Below, in pieces: positions 1-9,688 of a DNA stretch of 64,000 nt; the first letter of the stretch is position 1, and every line of letters starts with the position of its first letter. The notes under the pieces are model-generated. The model did not search any database and was not told the DNA's origin. It was given only the letters and a program-made list of their open reading frames with translations. Position numbers and translations under genes: made by a program. This DNA comes from Patescibacteria group bacterium UBA926 (GTDB lineage Bacteria > Patescibacteriota > Doudnabacteria > UBA920): the NCBI GenBank assembly GCA_002293685.1, contig DBDS01000006.1, positions 180,909 through 244,908 of the forward strand. Direction: 5' to 3'.

Positions 1-645
1 CAGTACATGTTTAGCAACAAAGAGATTGTGGATGCTGTTGTTAAAATCAAAGATAAAATCATTCCAATCGATTCTAAATTTTCTCTTGAGAACTATAACC
101 GTTTAACAGAAGCCACTGATCCATCCGAGAAACTTCGACTCGAAAAAGCTTTCCTCAACGATTTGAAGCTTCGTATTACCGAAACTGCAAAGTATATTCG
201 TCCAGAAGAGGGAACAATGGAGTTTGCGTTCATGTTTATTCCACACGAAGCTATTTACTACGACTTACTTATTAACAAAGTTGGGGCGGTTTCTGAAGAT
301 ACCGAAAACTTAATCCAACGCGCCGCTGGAAAATACAAAGTAATTATTGTCTCACCAACTTCATTTTTGGCGTACTTACAAACTGTTCTTCAGGGATTGA
401 AGGCTATGCAAATTGAAGAGTCTGCGAAGCAGATTAAGGTAAATGTAGAGAACCTTCAAAAGCATTTAAAATCTTACGAAGAATATCACACCAAAATGGG
501 AACCACTTTGGGAACTGTAGTTAATCACTACAACGCTTCAACAAAGGAATTCGTAAAAGTCGACAAAGACATTATGCGAATCACAGGCGATTCAGTGTTA
601 GATGAAATCGCACTGCTAGATAAACCAGATATAAAACAAGACTAA
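1..645 (+). CDS. rmuC: DNA recombination protein RmuC, C-terminal portion (5' end lies outside window)
   Basis: ORF open to window edge; EFAFMFIPHEAIYYDLL and downstream region resemble RmuC C-terminal domain. Confidence 0.5.
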   Translation, partial: QYMFSNKEIVDAVVKIKDKIIPIDSKFSLENYNRLTEATDPSEKLRLEKAFLNDLKLRITETAKYIRPEEGTMEFAFMFIPHEAIYYDLLINKVGAVSEDTENLIQRAAGKYKVIIVSPTSFLAYLQTVLQGLKAMQIEESAKQIKVNVENLQKHLKSYEEYHTKMGTTLGTVVNHYNASTKEFVKVDKDIMRITGDSVLDEIALLDKPDIKQD

Positions 646-667
646 TTCATTCTTAACGAAAATAACT

Positions 668-1213
668 ATGTCTATAAGAAATCCAGACCAGCGCATCGGC
701 GTGTTCGTCGATGTGCAAAATCTATATTACAGCGCGAGAAATATTTACAACTCGCGTATCAACTTCAACGCTGTATTAGAAGAAGCTGTCGCAGGACGCA
801 AACTAATTCGCGCGATTGCATACGTCGTTAAAGCCGACATGCCTGAAGAGCAATCTTTTTTCGATGCTCTAGAAAAAGCTGGCTTTGAAGTGAAAGCAAA
901 GGATTTACAAACCTTCGCCGGAGGTAGTCAAAAAGGGGATTGGGACGTCGGCATCGCTATGGATATCATCAAGCAGATGAACAAGCTCGATGTAGTCGTT
1001 CTGGCTAGTGGTGATGGCGACTTCGCGCCGCTGTTAGAATATCTCCAAATGACCGGCCAGTTAACCGAAACTGTGGCTTTTGGTAAATCCACGAGCAGTA
1101 AGATTAAAGAGCTAACCGATTACTTTATCGATTTAGATGAAAACCCAAAGTTATTCTTAAGGCCTATTCGTGGCGGCAAAGCTGGTTCTCGTTCGCGAGG
1201 TAACAAGAAATAA
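668..1213 (+). CDS. NYN/LabA-like (PIN-fold) domain protein
   Basis: RIGVFVDVQNLYYSAR...LASGDGDFAPLLEYLQ pattern typical of NYN/LabA (DUF88) proteins. Confidence 0.65.
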   Translation: MSIRNPDQRIGVFVDVQNLYYSARNIYNSRINFNAVLEEAVAGRKLIRAIAYVVKADMPEEQSFFDALEKAGFEVKAKDLQTFAGGSQKGDWDVGIAMDIIKQMNKLDVVVLASGDGDFAPLLEYLQMTGQLTETVAFGKSTSSKIKELTDYFIDLDENPKLFLRPIRGGKAGSRSRGNKK

Positions 1214-1219
1214 CAGAAT

Positions 1220-1277
1220 CCCTGGAAACCCGGAGGGTTATCCGGGGTCCAGACCCCGGTTCTTCGGCCGGGGATAC
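1220..1277. repeat. repeat family C (..CCCGGARGSYYAAGGGYTATCCGGGGTC.AGA..CCCGG..GGGGATAC), copy 1
   Basis: shares core with 35211-35269 and 36941-37007. Confidence 0.55.
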
Positions 1278-1282
1278 ATATT

Positions 1283-1726
1283 ATGAAAATAGTAATAGAT
1301 ACAAATGTTATCATCGATGGAATTAAAGATGATTACTCATACGAAAAACAGATTCTTGACGCAGTGATTTCAGGGGAAATTGAAGCTTACGCAAATCACG
1401 GAACTTTGAGTGAGAATAAACTCATCATGAAGCAACTCATTAATGATCCAAACTACGCCGAGGAAATCAATAACTTGTTCGCGCAAATCAACATGGTGCA
1501 AAACCGTCGGCAAATAAATATTGTCCGCGACCCTGAAGATAATAAAATTTTAGAAAGCGCTGTTGAATCAAAGGCGGACTACTTAGTAACCCGCGATAAC
1601 GATTTACTCTCGCTAGGAAAGTACGAAGATATTCAAATAGTAAATCCATCTCAGTTCTGGGTGAGATACAAAGACGAGAGCAATGACACTTGGAAAGAAT
1701 GGGCAGGATTCTTTGCTGGAAAATAA
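1283..1726 (+). CDS. PIN-domain nuclease, putative toxin-like (TIGR00305-type)
   Basis: MKIVIDTNVII start and VTRDNDLL near C-terminus typical of PIN family. Confidence 0.55.
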   Translation: MKIVIDTNVIIDGIKDDYSYEKQILDAVISGEIEAYANHGTLSENKLIMKQLINDPNYAEEINNLFAQINMVQNRRQINIVRDPEDNKILESAVESKADYLVTRDNDLLSLGKYEDIQIVNPSQFWVRYKDESNDTWKEWAGFFAGK

Positions 1727-1728
1727 AA

Positions 1729-1752
1729 AAGCGAGTGGAAGCACTCGCTAAT
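1729..1752. terminator. hairpin terminator between convergent PIN gene and minus-strand small gene
   Basis: agcgagtg gaag cactcgct flanked by A/T runs. Confidence 0.45.
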
Positions 1753-1777
1753 ATCAACTGAACTTGTCTTAACCTGC

Positions 1778-2050
1778 TCAACGTTCAATTTTTGTGTAAG
1801 AAATTACAAAAGAAATGGTCCCGTCCAATTCATAAGTTCCGCCGACAGCCTCCCCTAACACAAAACTATCAGCTCCATCAGGAACAGTTACATGATCAAA
1901 ATAAATTTCCTGAGGCTCATCACCTTCACCAGCAGGGAGCTCAATAAGTGTTGGTAACTCAACTAGGAATGCTCTAACCTCTCCATTTTGAAACTCACCA
2001 TCAATACCGAACTTACCAGGCTCATTCGCTGGAATTAGTCTCTTCAACAT
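1778..2050 (-). CDS. hypothetical small acidic protein
   Basis: ORF with AGGAGG RBS 8 nt upstream of ATG at 2048-2050; no recognisable family. Confidence 0.35.
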   Translation of the reverse strand: MLKRLIPANEPGKFGIDGEFQNGEVRAFLVELPTLIELPAGEGDEPQEIYFDHVTVPDGADSFVLGEAVGGTYELDGTISFVISYTKIER

Positions 2051-2107
2051 AATTTTTCCTCCTAACTTCATACTAAAGGTAGCTTATTATAAAATTTTTA
2101 CTAAACT

Positions 2108-5107
2108 ATGTCAACTCTTCTCGAAAATTTAAATAAAGAGCAGCTCGAGGCGGTCACCCATAAGGATGGTCCGCTTTTGATTATTGCTGGTGCGGGTACT
2201 GGAAAGACCACGGTCATCACGCGTCGGATTGCATACATTCTCGAGCAAGAACTGGCTAAGCCTGAGGAAATTCTTGCTCTAACTTTTACTGATAAAGCGG
2301 CAGGTGAAATGGAAGAACGAGTCGATCAGTTACTCCCGCTAGGTAGTTATGATTTATGGATTTCGACATTCCATAGTTTTTGCGAACGAATTCTAAAACA
2401 ACATGGCTTACATATCGGTTTACCTAACGACTTTAAATTATTAGATAAGACCAAACAGTGGGTTTTTCTGCACAACAATTTTTCTAAATTTGAACTGGAT
2501 TACTACAAACCACTGGGCAATCCAAATAAGTTTATTGATGCGCTGATAGATCATTTTTCAAAGTGTAAAGACGAACTAATTACTCCTGAAGATTACGCAC
2601 TCCATGCAAAAAAACTTCTTGAAAAGAAAAACCCAGACGAAGACGAACAAATGGAAGCGGCTCGGGTTAACGAAATTGCAAAAGCATACCAAACTTATCA
2701 GCAGCTTATGCTTGATAACGGGTATTTGGATTTCGCCGACTTAATTTGGTACACAATTGAATTACTAAAACGTCGTCCAAACATTCGCAAACTGTACCAA
2801 CAGCAGTTTAAGTTTGTGATGGTTGATGAATTTCAAGATACAAACCTTGCACAGTACGAATTGATTAAGTTACTTACTGATAGTGTCATCCTGAGCACAG
2901 CGAAGGATCCCAAAAGTGATTCTTCGGCTTCGCCTCAGAATGACGTCAAACGAAAATCAGTGAAAGATATTGGTCCCAATTTAGTAGTAGTAGGCGACGA
3001 CGACCAGTCAATTTATAAATTCCGCGGTGCTTCTGTTTCGAATATACTCAAGCTCAAAACTGACTATCCAAGCCTAAAAGAACTAACTCTAATCGATAAT
3101 TACAGAAGCAGTCAGCCAATCTTGGACTTGGCTTATAACTTTATTCAAGCTAATAATCCAAATCGTCTCGAACCGAAGTTGGGGATAAATAAACGCTTAA
3201 AAGGTCATAATAAAGCCAAAAGTACTATCACAGTAATTGAAGGGAAAGATTTAAACGAGGAGCTGAACTTAGTTGTTGATAAAATTTTAGACCTCAAAGA
3301 TGCTCATCCAAACTCAAGCTGGAATGATTTTGCAATTCTCATTCGCGCTAACAACACAGCAGGTGAAGTAATTCCTGTCCTCGAAGCTAAACAAATTCCA
3401 TACAGCTTCGTTGCCAACAAAGGCTTGTATAAAAAGCCACTTATTGCGGATATAATTTCTTATTTAAAATTGCTCGATAATTACCACGAATCGGACGCAC
3501 TTTATAGAGTTCTAAATTTCCCCAAATTTAAGTTACCCGCGCTCGAACTAGCTCACTTAACACAATTTACCAAACGTAAAGCTCACTCACTTTATCAAGC
3601 TATGCACGAACAGGAAGCCCTTGCTGAACTTACTGAAGATTCGAGAAACATAATAGGACTGTTACTCAAATTTCTAGAGGAGCATGCTAAATTATCCACC
3701 GAAAAATCCGCAATTGAATTTTTCGTGCAGATGGTTTCTGACTTAGGAATTGACCAAATACTCATCAAAGAAACTTTAGAAAATGCTCAAAATCGAGAAA
3801 TGCTTGAACAGTTCTACAAACGTATCGAAACTTACACACAAGAAAATGATGATAGAACCATGAGAGGTTTCATGAATTACCTCAAGCTCGAGCAAAATGC
3901 AGGGGAAGAGGGTACAATCAAATTCGATCCGAATAGTGGTCCCGAATCACTCAAAATAATGACAATTCATAGCGCTAAAGGCTTAGAATTCGAATACGTA
4001 TTTTTGGTTAGTATGGTTGACCAAAAATTTCCTTCGCGGTCACATAAAGATGCCATAGAAATCCCTGAACCATTAATCAAAGATATATTGCCAGAAGGTG
4101 ACTTTCATCTTCAGGAAGAACGAAGATTATTTTACGTTGCGGTGACGCGTGCCAAAACTCACTTGTATCTTTCTTGGGCATTGGATTATGGCGGAGCTCG
4201 TTCAAAGAAACCATCTCTGTTCTTAACTGAGACTGGTTTGGTGCCTACTGAAAACGCCCACAAAGCGACGGGTAAGGTTGTATTTACTAAATCAAAGACT
4301 AAAGCCAAGCAAGTTGTCTACAAACAATTGCCAGACAAATTTTCGTTTAGTCAGCTGTCCACATTCCAAAAGTGCCCGCTCGAATACAAATATGCTTATT
4401 ATCTAAGACTACCTATGCCGGGCAGCCATTATCTTAGTTTTGGCTCAACCATACACGCAGTTCTGGAAAGATATCTGCAAGCTTACCAATTTAGCCTCGA
4501 AACCTCTAAATTAGAAATTGCAGAACTGAAAACTGATAGAAAATTACCTCCACAAAACTTATTAAATGATTTATTTGAATCTGAATGGATTGATGATTGG
4601 TATAAAAGTCATGAACAAAAAGAGCAATATCGAGCTCGGGGTTTAAGTATTCTGAAAACTTTTTACAAAGCAACTTCGGAGAATATTCCGAAACCAAAAC
4701 TCATCGAACAACCATTTTCATTAAAACTAGGGAACAAGCAACAATACTTATTTAATGGAAAAATAGACCGTGCTGATTCTATGGATTCAGGGTTAATGAT
4801 TATTGATTATAAAACTTCTGAAAAAGTTCCATCCCGCACAGACACTAATGATGTGAATCAGCTACGAATTTACCAGTTGGCCTGTGAAGAATTCTTTCAT
4901 GAAAAGGTTGCAGGATTACAATATTGGTACCTTGTGCCAAACGAAACAGTGGCGGTTAAACTAGCAACACCTGAAGAACTTCAAAAATTAAAGCAAAGTT
5001 TAACTGATACAATAGAACAAATCAGAGACACTGTAAAATACGACCGATTTGCAGAGCTTCATAAGAAATCCAAAAAGCATGATTGTAATTACCTAGATTT
5101 GATATAA
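2108..5107 (+). CDS. UvrD/PcrA-like ATP-dependent DNA helicase fused to C-terminal PD-(D/E)XK (RecB/AddB-like) nuclease domain
   Basis: Walker A GAGTGKTT, motif II DEFQD, motif III VGDDDQSIYKFRGA, motif VI VAVTRAK; C-terminal DYKTS nuclease core with Cys residues. Confidence 0.8.
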   Translation: MSTLLENLNKEQLEAVTHKDGPLLIIAGAGTGKTTVITRRIAYILEQELAKPEEILALTFTDKAAGEMEERVDQLLPLGSYDLWISTFHSFCERILKQHGLHIGLPNDFKLLDKTKQWVFLHNNFSKFELDYYKPLGNPNKFIDALIDHFSKCKDELITPEDYALHAKKLLEKKNPDEDEQMEAARVNEIAKAYQTYQQLMLDNGYLDFADLIWYTIELLKRRPNIRKLYQQQFKFVMVDEFQDTNLAQYELIKLLTDSVILSTAKDPKSDSSASPQNDVKRKSVKDIGPNLVVVGDDDQSIYKFRGASVSNILKLKTDYPSLKELTLIDNYRSSQPILDLAYNFIQANNPNRLEPKLGINKRLKGHNKAKSTITVIEGKDLNEELNLVVDKILDLKDAHPNSSWNDFAILIRANNTAGEVIPVLEAKQIPYSFVANKGLYKKPLIADIISYLKLLDNYHESDALYRVLNFPKFKLPALELAHLTQFTKRKAHSLYQAMHEQEALAELTEDSRNIIGLLLKFLEEHAKLSTEKSAIEFFVQMVSDLGIDQILIKETLENAQNREMLEQFYKRIETYTQENDDRTMRGFMNYLKLEQNAGEEGTIKFDPNSGPESLKIMTIHSAKGLEFEYVFLVSMVDQKFPSRSHKDAIEIPEPLIKDILPEGDFHLQEERRLFYVAVTRAKTHLYLSWALDYGGARSKKPSLFLTETGLVPTENAHKATGKVVFTKSKTKAKQVVYKQLPDKFSFSQLSTFQKCPLEYKYAYYLRLPMPGSHYLSFGSTIHAVLERYLQAYQFSLETSKLEIAELKTDRKLPPQNLLNDLFESEWIDDWYKSHEQKEQYRARGLSILKTFYKATSENIPKPKLIEQPFSLKLGNKQQYLFNGKIDRADSMDSGLMIIDYKTSEKVPSRTDTNDVNQLRIYQLACEEFFHEKVAGLQYWYLVPNETVAVKLATPEELQKLKQSLTDTIEQIRDTVKYDRFAELHKKSKKHDCNYLDLI
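2885..2944. repeat. GC-rich palindromic repeat unit pair (GTCATCCTGAGC..GAAGGATC / GATTCTTCGG..CAGAATGAC) inserted in-frame in helicase CDS
   Basis: 60 nt = 20 codons; the two arms are an imperfect inverted repeat, separated by 7 nt; same family as intergenic copies. Confidence 0.6.
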
Positions 5108-5230
5108 TAGTTTTAGTAAGTAGCTAGAAATAAGTAGTAAGTAAAGGGTGCTTGTTTAGAACGATTCTCTAGGTTACATTCTACTATTTACCTCTTACTC
5201 TCTACTTCTTACTATTTACTATTTATTCAT

Positions 5231-5890
5231 ATGATCCCAGGATTTGATTTACCAGAATTAGTTCGTGCCGTCGGATACGTTGGTCTCTTTGGCATAGTCT
5301 TCGCTGAAACCGGTCTCTTAATAGGTTTTTTCCTCCCTGGGGACAGTCTATTATTCACAGCAGGTATTCTGGCTGGTCAAGGCTACCTAAATATTTACAC
5401 TACATTATTGGTCCTAATCTCTGCGGCAATCATCGGTGATAGTGTTGGTTACGCAATTGGTAAAAAGCTGGGCCCTAAAGTGTTCAAAAAAGAAAACTCA
5501 ATTCTGTTCAACAAAAAGCACATTGATAAAGCTCAGGCATATTTCGACAAGTACGGTGCGATGACAATAGTAATTGCTCGATTCGTGCCAATTGTTAGGA
5601 CTTTTGCACCAACCCTCGCTGGTGTAGGTAAAATGAATTACGGAAAGTTTTTGTTTTATAACATCAGTGGTGGTTTATTTTGGGTTTTATCAGTTACTTT
5701 ACTCGGATATTATCTCGGCATCAAAGTTGCAAATATCGAAGCGTTCATTATCCCGGGAATTATCATAATCGTACTAATTTCTATTTCACCTTACATATAT
5801 AAATTCTTAACAAACCCAAATATAAGAGAAGCATTAAAAAATCACTTAGTACAAATTTATCGAAAAGTTTGGCCAGTAAAACTTCCATAA
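5231..5890 (+). CDS. DedA/SNARE-associated family membrane protein
   Basis: GLFGIVFAETGLLIGFFLPGDSLLF signature, multi-TM. Confidence 0.7.
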   Translation: MIPGFDLPELVRAVGYVGLFGIVFAETGLLIGFFLPGDSLLFTAGILAGQGYLNIYTTLLVLISAAIIGDSVGYAIGKKLGPKVFKKENSILFNKKHIDKAQAYFDKYGAMTIVIARFVPIVRTFAPTLAGVGKMNYGKFLFYNISGGLFWVLSVTLLGYYLGIKVANIEAFIIPGIIIIVLISISPYIYKFLTNPNIREALKNHLVQIYRKVWPVKLP

Positions 5891-5892
5891 CT

Positions 5893-6285
5893 ATGGCAAA
5901 GAACGCAAAACAATTTGAAGAACGTCCGTGGGGGAATTTCTCGGTATTGAGTGAGCTTTCATATGAGGGTAATAATCGAGATGTTATTATTAAAAGATTA
6001 GAAATTCTACCTGGAAAGCGAATTTCTTACCAACAACACAAGCTTCGTCACGAACACTGGTTCGCAATATCTGGAAGTGGTTTTGCAATCATCAATGATG
6101 AAAAGATTGAGTTAAAAGCAGGAGAGAGCGTACAAATTAACATAGGCGATAAACATCGTATAGATAATAGACAAGGCACTGAACCATTAGTAATAATTGA
6201 AATCACTACAGGAGAATTCGATGAATACGACAATGAACGCCTTGAAGATGATTTCAATCGCGACTCAAATTGGAGAAATGAATAG
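5893..6285 (+). CDS. cupin domain protein (mannose-6-phosphate isomerase type II C-terminal-like)
   Basis: ERPWGNF...HWFAISG...GDKHRIDN cupin motifs; ATG at 5893 preferred over overlapping TTG at 5869. Confidence 0.5.
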   Translation: MAKNAKQFEERPWGNFSVLSELSYEGNNRDVIIKRLEILPGKRISYQQHKLRHEHWFAISGSGFAIINDEKIELKAGESVQINIGDKHRIDNRQGTEPLVIIEITTGEFDEYDNERLEDDFNRDSNWRNE

Positions 6286-6322
6286 GTTTGTGTTATAATT
6301 AACAAACCTAATTACCAAAGCA

Positions 6323-6697
6323 GTGCTCCACGCTACCACAAAAAAATACCTCTTGCCCTTGATATTCGGCAGCTCGGTAGCAACAGCTGGCTTAGTTTTG
6401 GTTCTTGCATTCGTTGACCCTTACACGTCTGGATGGATAGGACACTTCTTTCTCTATTGCACATTATTTTTGGCAACTACCGGTATCGCAACAACTATAA
6501 CATTGCTTTTACGACAGAGCTTCTTTCCAGGAATTTATGCGGAACTTTTCCGTGTGAGCTTAAGACAAGGGGTATTGGTGGCAATCTTGTTAAGTGGTCT
6601 TGTCTTTCTTGAAGCACAAAATTTTCTTTACTGGTGGGTAGGGCTTACATTCGCACTATTCTTAATAGCCATTGAATCATTCTTTTCGGCAAACTAA
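6323..6697 (+). CDS. hypothetical integral membrane protein
   Basis: four predicted hydrophobic helices; no family recognised. Confidence 0.35.
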   Translation: MLHATTKKYLLPLIFGSSVATAGLVLVLAFVDPYTSGWIGHFFLYCTLFLATTGIATTITLLLRQSFFPGIYAELFRVSLRQGVLVAILLSGLVFLEAQNFLYWWVGLTFALFLIAIESFFSAN

Positions 6698-6715
6698 ATC
6701 TGAAATTATAAACAA

Positions 6716-8089
6716 ATGACAACTCCTCCAGAGTCAAAAACTTTCTACAACGTAATGCCTGAAGTCACTAACGGACCTGTTATAAAACCAAAGGTAGCAA
6801 CCCCGCTACCACCAACCCCTCAAGCTAAAATCTCTATCCCTCAAGCACCTTCCGCTAAAAAGAATGGCAAGAAAATTTTTCTGTTTATCGTCTTAGGAAT
6901 AATTATTCTCGGAGCTATAGGTGCGGGAATCTATTTCTTAATAGCTAAATCACCAGACCAATCTGCAAATACCGAAAATACTATTTCTGACACCACACCA
7001 GAAGTACCACCTATAGCCGATGTATCAACTCCTGCAGATTGGCTGTTGAAATATTTTGGCAATGAAACTTGTACGGAACTAGTTGTTTGCGGTGATAAAT
7101 CTGATCCAGACCGTGATGGCCTTGACAACTACTCTGAATTTATCAGTGGAACTGACCCAAATAATCCCGATACAGATGGTGATGGAATTGCCGACGGTGA
7201 CGAAGTAAATATTTTTAATACCGACCCATTACTTTCTAGAACTTTTAGAACGGGTGAGTATTCAGATTTAGAATTTATAAAAGGTGGTTACGATATCACC
7301 ACTAACGAACCTTACACCAGTCAAAAGTTAATAGAAATTAAATCTAAAATTCAACAATTCGGTTTACATCAACCAACTTTATCTTCGCTTGGCCCTCTCA
7401 GTTTCCAACTTTATGAATTTACAGATCCAAACCAACCCACACTACCTGCGGATTTAGACATGACTCCTGAAGCAAAATTAGATAGAGATAGCCAACGCCA
7501 GAGCACTATAAAAAAAATTGGTGGGGCTTTACTTAAATACAAAGATGATAAAAAATCCTATCCACCGACTGATGATTTTATTGTGATGTCCGATATGGTT
7601 CGTTCTTATAACACAGTCGCTACAAACTACAATGACCCCATTGATATTCAACCGTACAAATACGGTTACCAGTCTATCAACAATAATACTGAATTCACAT
7701 TAACTTACTACAGCGAAACTCAAAATCAATTGATTAAGTACTCTCAGAAAAACGCCGAGGACGACGCAGCAAAGGAAAATACTAAAGCTTTTGATGATCA
7801 AAGAAAACTAGATTTGGAGCGCATGCAGGAAGCATTGCTAGTGTGGTCAACGGTTCAATTAGACCCAGCTAGTGATAAAGAATTTGTATTCCCAACAGTT
7901 CAGGGACTAAAAGCTGAACTTGTACCACGTTACATGACCACCATTCCAACTGACCCAGTCACAAAGCAGGATTATCAGTATGAAGTTGGGCCTAACTTTG
8001 ATACTTTTACGATCCGGGCGGCATTGCAAAATCCAGAAGCTGGAACAACTGGTTACATGTGCAATCAGACTGAATGTAGAAATTACTAA
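6716..8089 (+). CDS. exported/membrane-anchored protein with thrombospondin type-3-like calcium-binding repeats
   Basis: N-terminal TM helix; DPDRDGLDNYSEFISGTDPNNPDTDGDGIADGDE repeats. Confidence 0.45.
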   Translation: MTTPPESKTFYNVMPEVTNGPVIKPKVATPLPPTPQAKISIPQAPSAKKNGKKIFLFIVLGIIILGAIGAGIYFLIAKSPDQSANTENTISDTTPEVPPIADVSTPADWLLKYFGNETCTELVVCGDKSDPDRDGLDNYSEFISGTDPNNPDTDGDGIADGDEVNIFNTDPLLSRTFRTGEYSDLEFIKGGYDITTNEPYTSQKLIEIKSKIQQFGLHQPTLSSLGPLSFQLYEFTDPNQPTLPADLDMTPEAKLDRDSQRQSTIKKIGGALLKYKDDKKSYPPTDDFIVMSDMVRSYNTVATNYNDPIDIQPYKYGYQSINNNTEFTLTYYSETQNQLIKYSQKNAEDDAAKENTKAFDDQRKLDLERMQEALLVWSTVQLDPASDKEFVFPTVQGLKAELVPRYMTTIPTDPVTKQDYQYEVGPNFDTFTIRAALQNPEAGTTGYMCNQTECRNY

Positions 8090-8101
8090 TAACTTAATTT
8101 T

Positions 8102-8500
8102 ATGTTGAACTTTTTAAAAAATCTGTTCGGAGCTTCGAAACCTAACAGCAAAATAATTGCGGCGAAAGTTACAAAAATAGAAAAGCATCCTAACGCGGAC
8201 CGTCTCCGCGTTATTAGTTTAACCGATGGGGTAAAGATTATTGAACCGGTTGTTTGTGGTGCGTTCAATTTCGAAGTAGGGGACATCGTTGCATTAGCTC
8301 TGCCTGGCGCGACTATTGCCCAGAACATTCATTCAGAAGAGCATGAATCGTTTGTATTAAGTACAGCCAAGATCCGCGGCATAGAAAGTCAGGGAATGAT
8401 TTGCGCTGAATTTGAACTCGGACTAACCAATACTCCAGGCGATAAACCCGAAATTATGATATTGCCACCAGACACAAAACTTGGTAAAATGGTTGTCTAA
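8102..8500 (+). CDS. stand-alone tRNA-binding domain protein (homolog of PheT N-terminal B1 domain / CsaA-Myf fold)
   Basis: KHPNADRLRVI...GMICAEFELG matches PheT N-terminal tRNA-binding domain. Confidence 0.6.
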   Translation: MLNFLKNLFGASKPNSKIIAAKVTKIEKHPNADRLRVISLTDGVKIIEPVVCGAFNFEVGDIVALALPGATIAQNIHSEEHESFVLSTAKIRGIESQGMICAEFELGLTNTPGDKPEIMILPPDTKLGKMVV

Positions 8501-8501
8501 T

Positions 8502-9641
8502 ATGTCACATTTAATTATTCCCTCAGACGAAGAAAACCGTCTTAAAATTGAACTCGATAAACGAACCGACGCAGAAGCTGGCCGCATCCGTAGGTATTTA
8601 GAGATGGAGGATCTGTCTCGTGCAGAGTCAGGGCCGCTTCGTGAACTAATCGACAGAATCACAAGTCTTCCACAGTTCAACGATTTTGATATTATTCAAA
8701 TTCCTGAAATCGTTCCGGCGAGCGAAAGCTTTGATTTGTTCAATTTTCCGGCAGACCATCCAGCACGCAGCAAAAGTGATACTTATTACGTAGACGAAGA
8801 AAATATTCTTCGCACTCACACCACCGTGATGTGGTACTACTACTTCGCCCAAGAAGAGATTCGTACCAAAATCGCCGAGAACAAACCGTTAGGTGTTTTG
8901 TCTTACGGAAAAGTTTACCGTAAAGATGAAATTGACCGTAATCACATGAACATCTTCCATCAAGTTGATGGTTTGTACTTACATCCAACAAGCGAAAAAA
9001 CTATCACTCAAGATGACTTGAAAGATATTTTAGTTAATGTTGTGAAAGCTGCTTTCGGTGAAGATATCAAATATCGATTCAACGATGACAATTTCCCTTA
9101 CACGCATTCATCCCTCGAAATGGAAGTAGACAAAGACGGGAAATGGGTAGAAGTGCTTGGCGCAGGTTTAGTACAACCAGGCGTTTTAGAAAAACTGAAC
9201 GTTGATCCTAATCAATACAATGGTTGGGCGTTTGGTTTCGGCTTAGAGCGCTTAGCGATTATTGGCATGGAGCTTCCAGATATTCGTTTACTATGGAGTA
9301 AAGATGAACGCGTAATCAAACAACTCAAACTCGGTCAGAAATATGTTGAAGTAAGTAAGTACCCACCAATTGTCCGTGATATTTCCTTTATTGTTGATAA
9401 AACTTTTGAACCGAACAATTATTTCGACTTAATTCGCGATATCGGCGGCGACCTTGTAGAGGAAGTAGAACTACTTGATAAGTACGAAAACGCAGAAAAG
9501 TTTGGCGCCGACAAAGTTTCATACACTTACCGAATCACTTATCGTTCAACTGAACGAACCTTAGAAACCTCAGAAGTAGACCCACTGCAAGACGAAGTTT
9601 ACAAACAAACAGCTGAACAATTTAACGCGGAGTTGCGCTAA
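8502..9641 (+). CDS. pheS: phenylalanine--tRNA ligase alpha subunit with C-terminal FDX-ACB anticodon-binding domain
   Basis: FNFPADHPAR, RTHTT, FHQVDGLYL, GFGLERLAI class II motifs; C-terminal YPPIVRDISFIVD...VSYTYRITYRS matches PheT C-terminal FDX-ACB domain. Confidence 0.8.
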   Translation: MSHLIIPSDEENRLKIELDKRTDAEAGRIRRYLEMEDLSRAESGPLRELIDRITSLPQFNDFDIIQIPEIVPASESFDLFNFPADHPARSKSDTYYVDEENILRTHTTVMWYYYFAQEEIRTKIAENKPLGVLSYGKVYRKDEIDRNHMNIFHQVDGLYLHPTSEKTITQDDLKDILVNVVKAAFGEDIKYRFNDDNFPYTHSSLEMEVDKDGKWVEVLGAGLVQPGVLEKLNVDPNQYNGWAFGFGLERLAIIGMELPDIRLLWSKDERVIKQLKLGQKYVEVSKYPPIVRDISFIVDKTFEPNNYFDLIRDIGGDLVEEVELLDKYENAEKFGADKVSYTYRITYRSTERTLETSEVDPLQDEVYKQTAEQFNAELR

Positions 9642-9688
9642 TTTTTATACAGAGTATAATTACTTTAACCCATTATTAAAGAGAAAAA

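Noticed and set aside
5108-5230. Low-complexity TTACT/AGTAAG-rich tract upstream of the DedA gene as a repeat element
   Set aside because: Simple AT-rich low-complexity promoter region without defined unit copies elsewhere. Not convincingly a distinct element.
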